Shown here piece after piece: positions 10,214 to 18,628 of a DNA stretch of 32,000 nt. Numbering within the stretch: the stretch's first letter is position 1; every line of letters begins with the position of its first letter. The notes beneath the pieces were generated by a model. That model ran no database searches and was not told the origin of the DNA. It was given only the letters and a program-made list of their open reading frames with translations. The DNA comes from Candidatus Odinarchaeota archaeon. Lineage in GTDB: Archaea > Asgardarchaeota > Odinarchaeia > Odinarchaeales > Odinarchaeaceae. The position numbers and the translations under genes are program-made. Where the stretch lies: assembly GCA_016839265.1 (NCBI GenBank), contig JAEOUO010000002.1, positions 120,001-152,000 on the forward strand, in the 5' to 3' direction.

Positions 10214-10723
10214 ACGGAAACATTTTGCAATGAATTATTTAAACACCTAAATAATCTTATGAAGATTTTAGACGCTCCTGATCTTTTAAAATTCGACTGT
10301 GTTAAAGATAAAATCAGCTATATTGATGACCTTATTTTTAATCTTGAAACTTTTATCAGAAACTATTTTAAACTGTTTGATAAAATCAGCCGATTCGCTT
10401 CCAACACTATTAGACTCCTCGAAACACTTAAAGGTTTACTAGTTTTACTGCAGGGGTTGCTTGATCAGCCGGATCAACTTTATGAAAGAAATGTTTTCAA
10501 TAATTTAGCTTTATCGAATATACTATACGCCGAGGAACTTACTGATAAGCTTATGAATCTTATAAATGAGTTAAGTAATATTAAACTAGGCACTGTTCAA
10601 AAATCGCTGATCGGGAATATACGCTCATCTTTTAAAGTTTTTCTTGATCCTTTACAGAATTTAAAAATCGAATTAACTGTTTGCGAAAAATTTTTTAAAA
10701 AAAATTGTAAGTGTTCTAAATAA
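10214..10723 (+). CDS. Hypothetical alpha-helical protein (169 aa if started at ACG 10214; 154 aa from ATG 10259)
   Basis: Open frame with amphipathic Leu-rich sequence; strong GGAGGTG at 10201-10207. Confidence 0.65.
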   Translation, partial: TETFCNELFKHLNNLMKILDAPDLLKFDCVKDKISYIDDLIFNLETFIRNYFKLFDKISRFASNTIRLLETLKGLLVLLQGLLDQPDQLYERNVFNNLALSNILYAEELTDKLMNLINELSNIKLGTVQKSLIGNIRSSFKVFLDPLQNLKIELTVCEKFFKKNCKCSK

Positions 10724-10730
10724 TTTCCCA

Positions 10731-12668
10731 TCAACCGTTTTTATTCAACTTTTTAACATAATTTAATAACCCGCCTGAAAGTATTATTTTCACCTGTCGC
10801 GGTGTTAAATCATATTTCACTTTGAAGATTAATTTTTTACTCACATTAACAGCGTCCAAGATTTGTATACTGCCGGCTAACTTTTCTCTAATATTTTCTA
10901 TGTTAACTATATCTCCCTGCTCTATTTTATTATAATCTGACTGGTTCACTAACTGTAAAGGTATGATGCCGAAGTTTACAAGGTTAGCTTTATGGATTCG
11001 AGCGTATGATTTCGCGATAACAGTTTTAATTCCAAGATACATCGGAGCGATCGCGGCATGCTCTCGACTAGAGCCTTGCCCGTAGTTTTCTCCAGCTAAT
11101 ATTAAACCGCCTTTCTTCTTCTTCACTCGGTCTATAAAAGTTGGATCAATATTTTTAAACACGTATTCGCTTATCGCAGGTATATTGCTTCTTAAAGGCA
11201 GTATTTTAGCACCGGCTGGTAGAATATCATCTGTTGATATGTTATCGCCTAGTTTTATAACCACTTCCATGTTAATACGGTCAGGTAGAGGGGTGTTTAC
11301 AGGAAGCGGTTTTATATTCGGACCTCTTACCACTCGAATTTTAGATGAATCCACCGGGGGTTTAACTATTAAATTATCGTTTACGCGGATTCTCTCAGGC
11401 AGTTTTATAATCGGATAAGCTCCTAGCTTTCGCGGATCTGTGATCTCCCCGTGTAAGGCTGAAGCGGCGGCTACTTCAGGGCTGGCTAAAAACACTTGAG
11501 CGTCTTCAGTTCCGCTTCTTCCTTTAAAATTCCTGTTAAATGTTCTAAGAGATACTCCTCCGCTTCTAGGCGCCTGCCCCATGCCGATGCATGGACCGCA
11601 CGCTGATTCCAGGATTCTGGCTCCAGCTGCTATTAAATCAGCTAAAGCCCCGTTTCTAGCTATCTCTTCTAATACTTGTTTAGAGCCTGGGGAGATAGTT
11701 AAACTCACATCCGGGTGAATGGTTTTACCTTTAAGTATCGCTGCAACCGTCATTAAATCTTTTAACGATGAATTCGTGCAGCTTCCTATTGCAACCTGTT
11801 CTACAGGTGTTCCTTCAACTTCGCTTATTTTTTTAACGTTTCCTGGGCTGTGCGGTAGAGCTATCATCGGCTCTAATTCATTTAAATTCACAGTCATATA
11901 TTCATCGTATTCGCATCCCTGGTCAGCTTCCAACTTCACCCAGTCTCCGAGTCTTCTCTGAAGCTTGAAGAAATCTCTTGTAATCTCATCTGAGGGGAAG
12001 ATAGAGCTTGTCGCACCTGTTTCAGCACCCATATTAGTTATAGTTGCTCGTTCATAGACATCCAGGTTTTTAACACCCTCCCCGTAATATTCGATTATTT
12101 TACCTACTCCTCCTTTAACTGTTAACCTCTTTAAAACTTCTAATATCACGTCTTTAGCGGAAACCCATGGTTTTCTCTCCCCTACCAGTTCTACACCTAA
12201 AACAGCAGGAGTGTTTAAATAGAATAAGCCTCCGCCCATCGCGACAGCTACATCTAAACCTCCGGCGCCGATGCCTAGCATTCCAACACCGCCGCATGTA
12301 GGGGTGTGTGAGTCTGATCCTAGTAGTGTTTTACCTGGTTTACTGAATCTTTCTAAATTAACTTGATGACATATTCCGTTTCCAGGTTTAGAGAAGTATA
12401 CGCCGTATTTAGCGGCTACTGTTTGCAAATATTTATGATCGTCAGCGTTCATGTGATCTGTTTGAAGCGTGTTATGGTCGACGTAGCTGACTGAAAGCTC
12501 TGTTTTAACTTTATCTAAACCTAAAGCTTCAAATTGTAGATATGTTAATGTTCCTGTAGCATCCTGGGTTAGAGTCCGATCTATTCTTATACCTATCTCT
12601 TCGCCTTTAACCAGGCTGCCTTCCACTAAATGATTTTTTAGAATTTTATAAGTTAAATTTAAAGGCAT
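10731..12668 (-). CDS. Aconitate hydratase (short single-chain, Aquifex-type aconitase family)
   Basis: TQDATG, DHN, GICHQ, DSHT, Fe-S ligands GSCTN and CGPCIG, NRNF, C-terminal swivel domain ISTDDI and YGQGSSREHA. Confidence 0.92.
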   Translation of the reverse strand: MPLNLTYKILKNHLVEGSLVKGEEIGIRIDRTLTQDATGTLTYLQFEALGLDKVKTELSVSYVDHNTLQTDHMNADDHKYLQTVAAKYGVYFSKPGNGICHQVNLERFSKPGKTLLGSDSHTPTCGGVGMLGIGAGGLDVAVAMGGGLFYLNTPAVLGVELVGERKPWVSAKDVILEVLKRLTVKGGVGKIIEYYGEGVKNLDVYERATITNMGAETGATSSIFPSDEITRDFFKLQRRLGDWVKLEADQGCEYDEYMTVNLNELEPMIALPHSPGNVKKISEVEGTPVEQVAIGSCTNSSLKDLMTVAAILKGKTIHPDVSLTISPGSKQVLEEIARNGALADLIAAGARILESACGPCIGMGQAPRSGGVSLRTFNRNFKGRSGTEDAQVFLASPEVAAASALHGEITDPRKLGAYPIIKLPERIRVNDNLIVKPPVDSSKIRVVRGPNIKPLPVNTPLPDRINMEVVIKLGDNISTDDILPAGAKILPLRSNIPAISEYVFKNIDPTFIDRVKKKKGGLILAGENYGQGSSREHAAIAPMYLGIKTVIAKSYARIHKANLVNFGIIPLQLVNQSDYNKIEQGDIVNIENIREKLAGSIQILDAVNVSKKLIFKVKYDLTPRQVKIILSGGLLNYVKKLNKNG

Positions 12669-12752
12669 GTTTTTAAAATAATGTTAAACAACTTTTTAAT
12701 ATTATGGATTACACGCTTTAACTCTTAGATGAATATTTAATTTTTTTAAAGC

Positions 12753-14930
12753 TTAAACTATTCTCTCTACTAGTTTTTCCCTAAACTTTAATAATTCATC
12801 TTCTAGCGATTTTTCGCCTGTATATTTTATTATCATTGTTAACGCGTTAAACATCCAATCCATATAATTTAATAGTTTTCTGAAATCCCCTGGTTCGAAA
12901 CCAGCCGGATGCTCCTCAGCTACGTTAGCTAAGTATTCTAACGCTAACCTGCTTTTAACACTCGAGTAAGGTAACTCCACTAAACTGTTTTCTATAATCG
13001 CTGTTAAACATTGAAGGAATCTTTCACTGTTATCGATTTTCTTATCTGTTATTATCTGAATCAACTTGTTTAAAAGTTCAGGTTGAATACTAGTATACGC
13101 GGATAGTTTCCCTTTATCTGTGATTTTTAAACTGTTTTCGTTTATACTTATGTAACTGTTAAAGGCGAGTTTTAAAAGCAGGCTATCCGGGTTTAAAGCT
13201 TTCAACACATTGTTATATGCTGTCTCTGATATTTTACCAGCTTCCGCTATTAGCATTAACGCAGCCAGATGCTTGCAAATTTTTCTTTCTTTAAATGCTT
13301 TAAACCTCCAATACTCGCAGTCACAGCTTATATAACCGTTTTCATTAACCTGGATTTTATGCTCTCTCATACTAGTCGGACTTATTACAATAGCTTCTAA
13401 TCTGTTTTTCTCGCATTTAATATTCTTTAACATGTTTAAACTCGTTTTCTCAGCGTTTAAGATAATTGTGTAATCAGCTTTCTCTTTTAAAAATTTTTTA
13501 ACTGTTTTAACTTGTAGAAGCTGTTTTAATCTTTCTTTCTCTTCAGGTGTGCTTTGACGGTAATATAATGATTTCTGAAAATGTTCTATTAACTTTTTCA
13601 CGTTAATATCCTGATATAACGTTATTAAATATAATAGCATGTATTCTATTTGATTGTTTTTTAAAAGTATGCTTTTCAAATACTCGTATCGGGGTAGAAG
13701 CTGCCCTTTAATATTTTTTTTAAAGAAATATTTCTCAACTCTCTCTTTTTCTAACTTGTTTTCAACTAGTATTATTCCGTAAGCTTCTCTATCATACTTA
13801 TAGTTTCCCGCTTTACCGAAAATATTGTGAACAATATTCGTATTTAATATTTCGCTCTCCTTTTTTTCACTGTTTTCAGCTCTCGTCTTATAATAAATGT
13901 TTTCGAAGATGATGACTCGTGGATGCATGTTCACTGCGGAGCTGATCTCCGGTGTTGAAACAATAATTTTCAATATTTTAGCGTTAAATAATTCTTCTAC
14001 TATTAATTTTTCAAGCGGGGATAAACCTGGAATATGGAAACCTATCCCCCGTTTAATATAATAACTTAAATGCTCTCTAGTGTAAGTGTTCTCCCCTTTC
14101 TCTCTGAGCGTATTAATTTTTATTTGAACAGTGTTTAACTGGCTTTCACTTATTAAATTTTTAAAATATTTCTCTAATTCACCACACAGTTTTAACACTT
14201 GATTTACGCTTTCTGTGAATACGAGAACCTGCCCGTTGGATTTAATAGTCTCCTCTATTATGTTTTTTAAAACATTATTATTCTTTTTAACTAATACACT
14301 GTAACGGACAGGTAGCATTGTTGTGAATGTCTGCGCTAACTCTGCGTTCAACCACTCAGAGACTTCGAAAGCGTTACCTATAATATCTGAGAGGTATAGG
14401 AACTGAGCGTTTTTAAATCGTTCATTTAACACGATGATGAGGTTTTCTAAAAGTCCCCCTTTCTCATGCTGGCCGAGTAACTGGAATTCATCTACTATAA
14501 TCACTGATATGTCTGTGAACCATTTATAATTCACTAATAACGCTTCATCTGTTTCTTTGAATGTTGCGATAATAATATTCGCGTCCGCTAATCTGCTCGG
14601 GTCTTTCTCAGCTAACCTTACAATATTTACTCCTAAACTTCCGTAAATTCGATTTAAATAAACATGTACTTCATCGGCTTGACTTCTTAAAGGAAGCAAT
14701 ATTAATGCTTTAGATTTAGGTTCTCTTAACGCCATAGCTAAAACAACTATATGACTTAACAGAGTTTTACCGGAGGAGGCTGGAGCGCATATGAAAATGT
14801 TTTTTCTCCTGAAGACTCCTTTTCTAATCGTTAACTCCTGTATCGGGGTTAGATTTTCAACACCTGTATCTAAAAGTCTTCTTATAATTCTCTGATCGAC
14901 TCCGGCTACTTCAAGGCTTTTCAACGTCAT
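12753..14930 (-). CDS. Ski2/Hel308-like SF2 helicase homologue with degenerate motifs III/VI and an internal SWIM zinc finger
   Basis: Q motif LTPIQ, APASSGKT, PLRSQA, DEFQ, GIGFHIPG, winged-helix-like ITDKGK, and CDC-x13-CKH. Confidence 0.8.
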   Translation of the reverse strand: MTLKSLEVAGVDQRIIRRLLDTGVENLTPIQELTIRKGVFRRKNIFICAPASSGKTLLSHIVVLAMALREPKSKALILLPLRSQADEVHVYLNRIYGSLGVNIVRLAEKDPSRLADANIIIATFKETDEALLVNYKWFTDISVIIVDEFQLLGQHEKGGLLENLIIVLNERFKNAQFLYLSDIIGNAFEVSEWLNAELAQTFTTMLPVRYSVLVKKNNNVLKNIIEETIKSNGQVLVFTESVNQVLKLCGELEKYFKNLISESQLNTVQIKINTLREKGENTYTREHLSYYIKRGIGFHIPGLSPLEKLIVEELFNAKILKIIVSTPEISSAVNMHPRVIIFENIYYKTRAENSEKKESEILNTNIVHNIFGKAGNYKYDREAYGIILVENKLEKERVEKYFFKKNIKGQLLPRYEYLKSILLKNNQIEYMLLYLITLYQDINVKKLIEHFQKSLYYRQSTPEEKERLKQLLQVKTVKKFLKEKADYTIILNAEKTSLNMLKNIKCEKNRLEAIVISPTSMREHKIQVNENGYISCDCEYWRFKAFKERKICKHLAALMLIAEAGKISETAYNNVLKALNPDSLLLKLAFNSYISINENSLKITDKGKLSAYTSIQPELLNKLIQIITDKKIDNSERFLQCLTAIIENSLVELPYSSVKSRLALEYLANVAEEHPAGFEPGDFRKLLNYMDWMFNALTMIIKYTGEKSLEDELLKFREKLVERIV

Positions 14931-15136
14931 CTAATTCTGTCCCCTTCTACTATAATATACAGGTTAATTTTTAAAAAATATTTTTAAAATAAATTTGAAA
15001 CTAAGCTTCACTTTTTTCAACTCTACGTTTAACTAAGTATACGTTTATGTTTTAAAATCTTGATTTTTCTTGAACTCTCTAATTTACTGCTGTATTCAGT
15101 GATATTTTTATTAGAGTTCTCTGAAACTTATATTAT

Positions 15137-15979
15137 ATGTGTTCTCATAATAAATCGGATACATCCGGTAATGTTGAAAAATATTTGAAGTTGATTCTGA
15201 AAATTTTTAAAAATAGACTCGGATTAACCCCGAATTCGATTATTCTATTCGGATCCGCTGCTAAAGGCGGTTTAACTAGTAGAATTAGCGATGTTGATTT
15301 TCTAATTGTTTTAGATGACCGGGTTGCCTCGTCAGCTATACGTGCAGCCGTATCTTTTATGTTTACGCTTCAAAAATATTTTTTCAAATCTGATGATTCT
15401 AGTTCACTATCACGTTTACTGTATTTTTTCGAAGCAGGCACAGGTATGTTTAAATCTTTTTTCATATGTTTTGAACGTGATCTCTTATCAACATGTTTTC
15501 ACAGAATTTTCGATGTGAACAGATTTTTATCCTGGTTTATGGTTCCCAGTAAACTTGTTTTAAACTCTATTTTCTCTCACAGTAGGGTTGTATATGGTAA
15601 AAACTATGATTTTAAAAATTTTATAAGAGAAACCACTTTTTTTCAAATCGTTAAATCTTTTATTCTATGCAGTTTCTTATACTTGTTTTTCATTATAGTG
15701 AACTGTTTTAAACCTGTTCGAAGATATTTATATGAATCAGTTAAATGGTCGCTGCTTAACTGTCATTTTTATTTAACCGGTCGAAGTGTTAAAGTTAAAG
15801 ATACCGTATCTTTTTTCAAAAAAATTTTAGATAACCCGGTTTTAGAAAAAATCGCATCTTATAACATTGACTTATCTGATTTTAATGTTAAAGACTACTT
15901 TAAACTTTTTAACTTAATTTTTAACCTTCATTTTAAGGCTCCACGTTTATTCTATAAGAAATATTCTAAACGGGTTTAA
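15137..15979 (+). CDS. Pol-beta-like nucleotidyltransferase domain protein with helical C-terminal region
   Basis: ILFGSAAKGG..SDVDFLIV matches the GS-x-DxD nucleotidyltransferase motif. Confidence 0.75.
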   Translation: MCSHNKSDTSGNVEKYLKLILKIFKNRLGLTPNSIILFGSAAKGGLTSRISDVDFLIVLDDRVASSAIRAAVSFMFTLQKYFFKSDDSSSLSRLLYFFEAGTGMFKSFFICFERDLLSTCFHRIFDVNRFLSWFMVPSKLVLNSIFSHSRVVYGKNYDFKNFIRETTFFQIVKSFILCSFLYLFFIIVNCFKPVRRYLYESVKWSLLNCHFYLTGRSVKVKDTVSFFKKILDNPVLEKIASYNIDLSDFNVKDYFKLFNLIFNLHFKAPRLFYKKYSKRV

Positions 15980-16198
15980 CTTATTATTTAAAGCTCTTCT
16001 TTTTCAAACCCGGTGCTGAATTCTTTAAAATCGTCTTTTTTTAAAAAGTTAAAGAACGCTTCTGCGATTTAACTTCTACCCGTGTTTTCACGTCATGTGA
16101 ATAAACTTTTCTTATTTCACCGCTGCCTATTTTAAATAATTTTTATAATTGTTTAAACATATTATTTTTTATAAATATTATTTAACGGTGGTTTAGTT

Positions 16199-16957
16199 TT
16201 GTTCGAAGCTGATTTTCAACCTTTAGGGATAGAGGGGCTTGACGCTGCTTTAGGTGGTGGTGTTCTAACCAACGGCGTGATTCTTATATCGTTTGATCCG
16301 GGTTCAGATGAATGGGTTTTCAGTTCAGAGATTATTAGAAACAGTTTATTTAAAGGAGAGTATGTGATTCAAATGGATTTCGATCACTCTCCTGAATATT
16401 CCTTGAACAGTATTATCGGTTTAGGTGTGGAATCTGATATTTTAAAAGATAAGCTTAGAGCAGAATATAAGACTGGTAAACTGCGTTTCATCGACTGTTT
16501 CACCGCTGAATCCTCTCAGGATAAAATTAAACCAACACGTTTCACCGTGATTTTAGATAACCCTTACAATCTTTCAAAACTTTTATTCACTATGAAACAG
16601 GTGCGTGAATCTATTCCTTCAGGTTTCAAAGTTAAATGGTTTTTCTCTAATTTAACTTCTCTAAGCATTAACCTTCCTGTTCAGGATGTGATCCGTTTCT
16701 GTAGATCTGCTTTTCGAATTCATAAACAGTTTAACGATCAAGCGGTTTACTATGTTAACAGAGGCGCCCACTCCTCTGAATTTCTATCTATCATATATCA
16801 GCTGGTGGACGCTGTGGTGGAGTTGAGAACACGTGAAGTGAATAATAGGGTGCTGCGTTTTCTCCGCGTTGTTAAAAACCAATTTAAAGATCACATTTCA
16901 TCTGATTTAACTTATAAAGTTGATAAGGGTAAAATTATAATAAGCTTATTAAAATGA
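16199..16957 (+). CDS. KaiC/RAD55-like RecA-fold protein with inactivated Walker A
   Basis: GIEGLDAALGGG, RFIDCF, YQLVDAVVEL and RFLRVVKN match KaiC-like domains, but the P-loop reads FDPGSDEW. TTG start after GGTGGT; stop overlaps the next start (ATGA). Confidence 0.8.
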   Translation: MFEADFQPLGIEGLDAALGGGVLTNGVILISFDPGSDEWVFSSEIIRNSLFKGEYVIQMDFDHSPEYSLNSIIGLGVESDILKDKLRAEYKTGKLRFIDCFTAESSQDKIKPTRFTVILDNPYNLSKLLFTMKQVRESIPSGFKVKWFFSNLTSLSINLPVQDVIRFCRSAFRIHKQFNDQAVYYVNRGAHSSEFLSIIYQLVDAVVELRTREVNNRVLRFLRVVKNQFKDHISSDLTYKVDKGKIIISLLK

Positions 16958-18588
16958 ATATGGCGGGTTTTATGAGCGCTGATCTTAATAAACTTGAATT
17001 AAACTTGAAGCAGGCGGCTGAATTTATTCAAACAATGCTTTCTAAAGCATCCTGTATTTTACAGGAATCCTCTGAAACCTTAGAGTTCACTAAACTATTA
17101 TTGAATGAGGTTGAAAAACTGAAATTAGAGTTGAAACTTGGGATTGAGTCAAGCGGCGGTATTAAAGGCTTATTCGGCGCTAAAAAGAAATACGCTAAGC
17201 TGTTATCTGATAAATTTTCTAAGCTAGAAAATAATATGGTTGAAGCTCAGAATAAAATCTATAATTCCTATTTAGACTATCTTTCTAGTTTTGAAGATCA
17301 ACTTAAAAATATTGATCGCGATTACACGCTTGTGAAAGATGAGACAGCTAAGCGTAAAATGAACTGGAGTAGTCTAATTAAAATAAAGTTTGCTTTTGAA
17401 GAATTAAAATCAGAGCAATCTAATCTAATAAATTATGTTGATAAACTCAGGTTTTCAAAAACTTTTAATATTGTTGAACTCGGTGCTGTAACTGATAATA
17501 TTATAAGCTGGCGTGAACGCTTTGAAGAATTAAAAAAGAGTTTAGATGATATTCAGCGTAGAATCGCTTTTCGAAATATTGTTTTCGCTAAGATTATGGA
17601 TATTCAAGGCGGTTTAGACGGTCACATCACCGACTTCTTTAAAAGTATAGGGGTTGACTTCAATAATTTTCTAGATAGACTGGCTTCTAAAACAGTTGCT
17701 GAGGAGACCGAGGAAATATTTTTAGAGGCGACTCTTCAGTTAATGGATCCTATCAGTGAATGTTTTAAGAATCTGAATAATATTATCTTTCTACTCCACG
17801 ATGCTGGTGTTCCTTTAAACGTGGTGCTAGAGCAGGCTGATGTTAAAAACTCTTTAACTCTTTTCAAAATAATATTAGAGAAGTTTAAAATAGGTTTTAA
17901 AGAATACGTTGAACAAGAGTTTTTATTCACTGATAAACTTAAACAAATCTGCTTGGAGATTCATCCTATAATCAAAAATATTCTCTCATATTTAGAGAGG
18001 CTTGGGGACTCTTATAAAAATTTCAGAAACCGAGTGTTAGAGATACTCTCCTCCTGGCTTATTAATTTTAAACAGAAAGGCGGCTGGGACGCTGTTAAAA
18101 AACTGTTTATTACATTAGAGAATTTTCTTTTAAACCATTACCCTGCTATAAATGAATGTATTCGAAACAGGCTTAGAGGCGTTAACCCTAATGCGATTCG
18201 CGGAGCTGCATTATTTCAAAACTGTATTCCCACTGAATACGTTAAAGAACAGTTTATTTATGATACGATTCTGCCGATTATTCTAGAAGGGGAGGGTGTT
18301 CATGTCTTATTGAATGTTCTTCAAGCCTACGGTGAGCGTGGATGGATTAAACGAACAGAGGTTAAAAATATCTCCGACGAGTATATTGAAAACTATATTA
18401 AAGCGAATTCATCTATTAAACTTATGAACGTTGACGGTTACGAGTTTTTATTTTCACCTGAGATTCTAGTTAAAAAAATAAAGAATATTTCAAAAGAATC
18501 TTTATATAATTACTTTAATAAATATTTATCGAACAGCGAGCTTTGCAGAAAAATAGCTGAAGAAATATTCAAACAATTTTCACCTTAA
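16954..18588 (+). CDS. Uncharacterised 544-aa coiled-coil/helical protein
   Basis: Long ORF coupled by ATGA overlap to the upstream gene; heptad-rich Leu/Glu/Lys N-terminal half; no transmembrane segment seen. Confidence 0.8.
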   Translation: MNMAGFMSADLNKLELNLKQAAEFIQTMLSKASCILQESSETLEFTKLLLNEVEKLKLELKLGIESSGGIKGLFGAKKKYAKLLSDKFSKLENNMVEAQNKIYNSYLDYLSSFEDQLKNIDRDYTLVKDETAKRKMNWSSLIKIKFAFEELKSEQSNLINYVDKLRFSKTFNIVELGAVTDNIISWRERFEELKKSLDDIQRRIAFRNIVFAKIMDIQGGLDGHITDFFKSIGVDFNNFLDRLASKTVAEETEEIFLEATLQLMDPISECFKNLNNIIFLLHDAGVPLNVVLEQADVKNSLTLFKIILEKFKIGFKEYVEQEFLFTDKLKQICLEIHPIIKNILSYLERLGDSYKNFRNRVLEILSSWLINFKQKGGWDAVKKLFITLENFLLNHYPAINECIRNRLRGVNPNAIRGAALFQNCIPTEYVKEQFIYDTILPIILEGEGVHVLLNVLQAYGERGWIKRTEVKNISDEYIENYIKANSSIKLMNVDGYEFLFSPEILVKKIKNISKESLYNYFNKYLSNSELCRKIAEEIFKQFSP

Positions 18589-18592
18589 CATG

Positions 18593-18605
18593 GAAAGTTT
18601 AAAAA
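18593..18605 (+). promoter_or_regulatory. Candidate BRE/TATA promoter for a leaderless tubulin transcript
   Basis: GAAAG followed by TTTAAAAA (18598-18605), ending 23 nt before ATG 18629; no GGTG/GGAGG-type SD before the ATG. Confidence 0.5.
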
Positions 18606-18628
18606 CCGTAATTAGGATTTGATTTAAT

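Noticed and set aside
11185-11961. 77-aa and 80-aa plus-strand ORFs
   Set aside because: Antisense shadows of the aconitase gene.
15315-15518. 67-aa alternative-frame ORF
   Set aside because: Nested in the nucleotidyltransferase gene; no recognisable features.
17736-17930. 64-aa minus-strand ORF
   Set aside because: Antisense shadow of the 544-aa coiled-coil gene.
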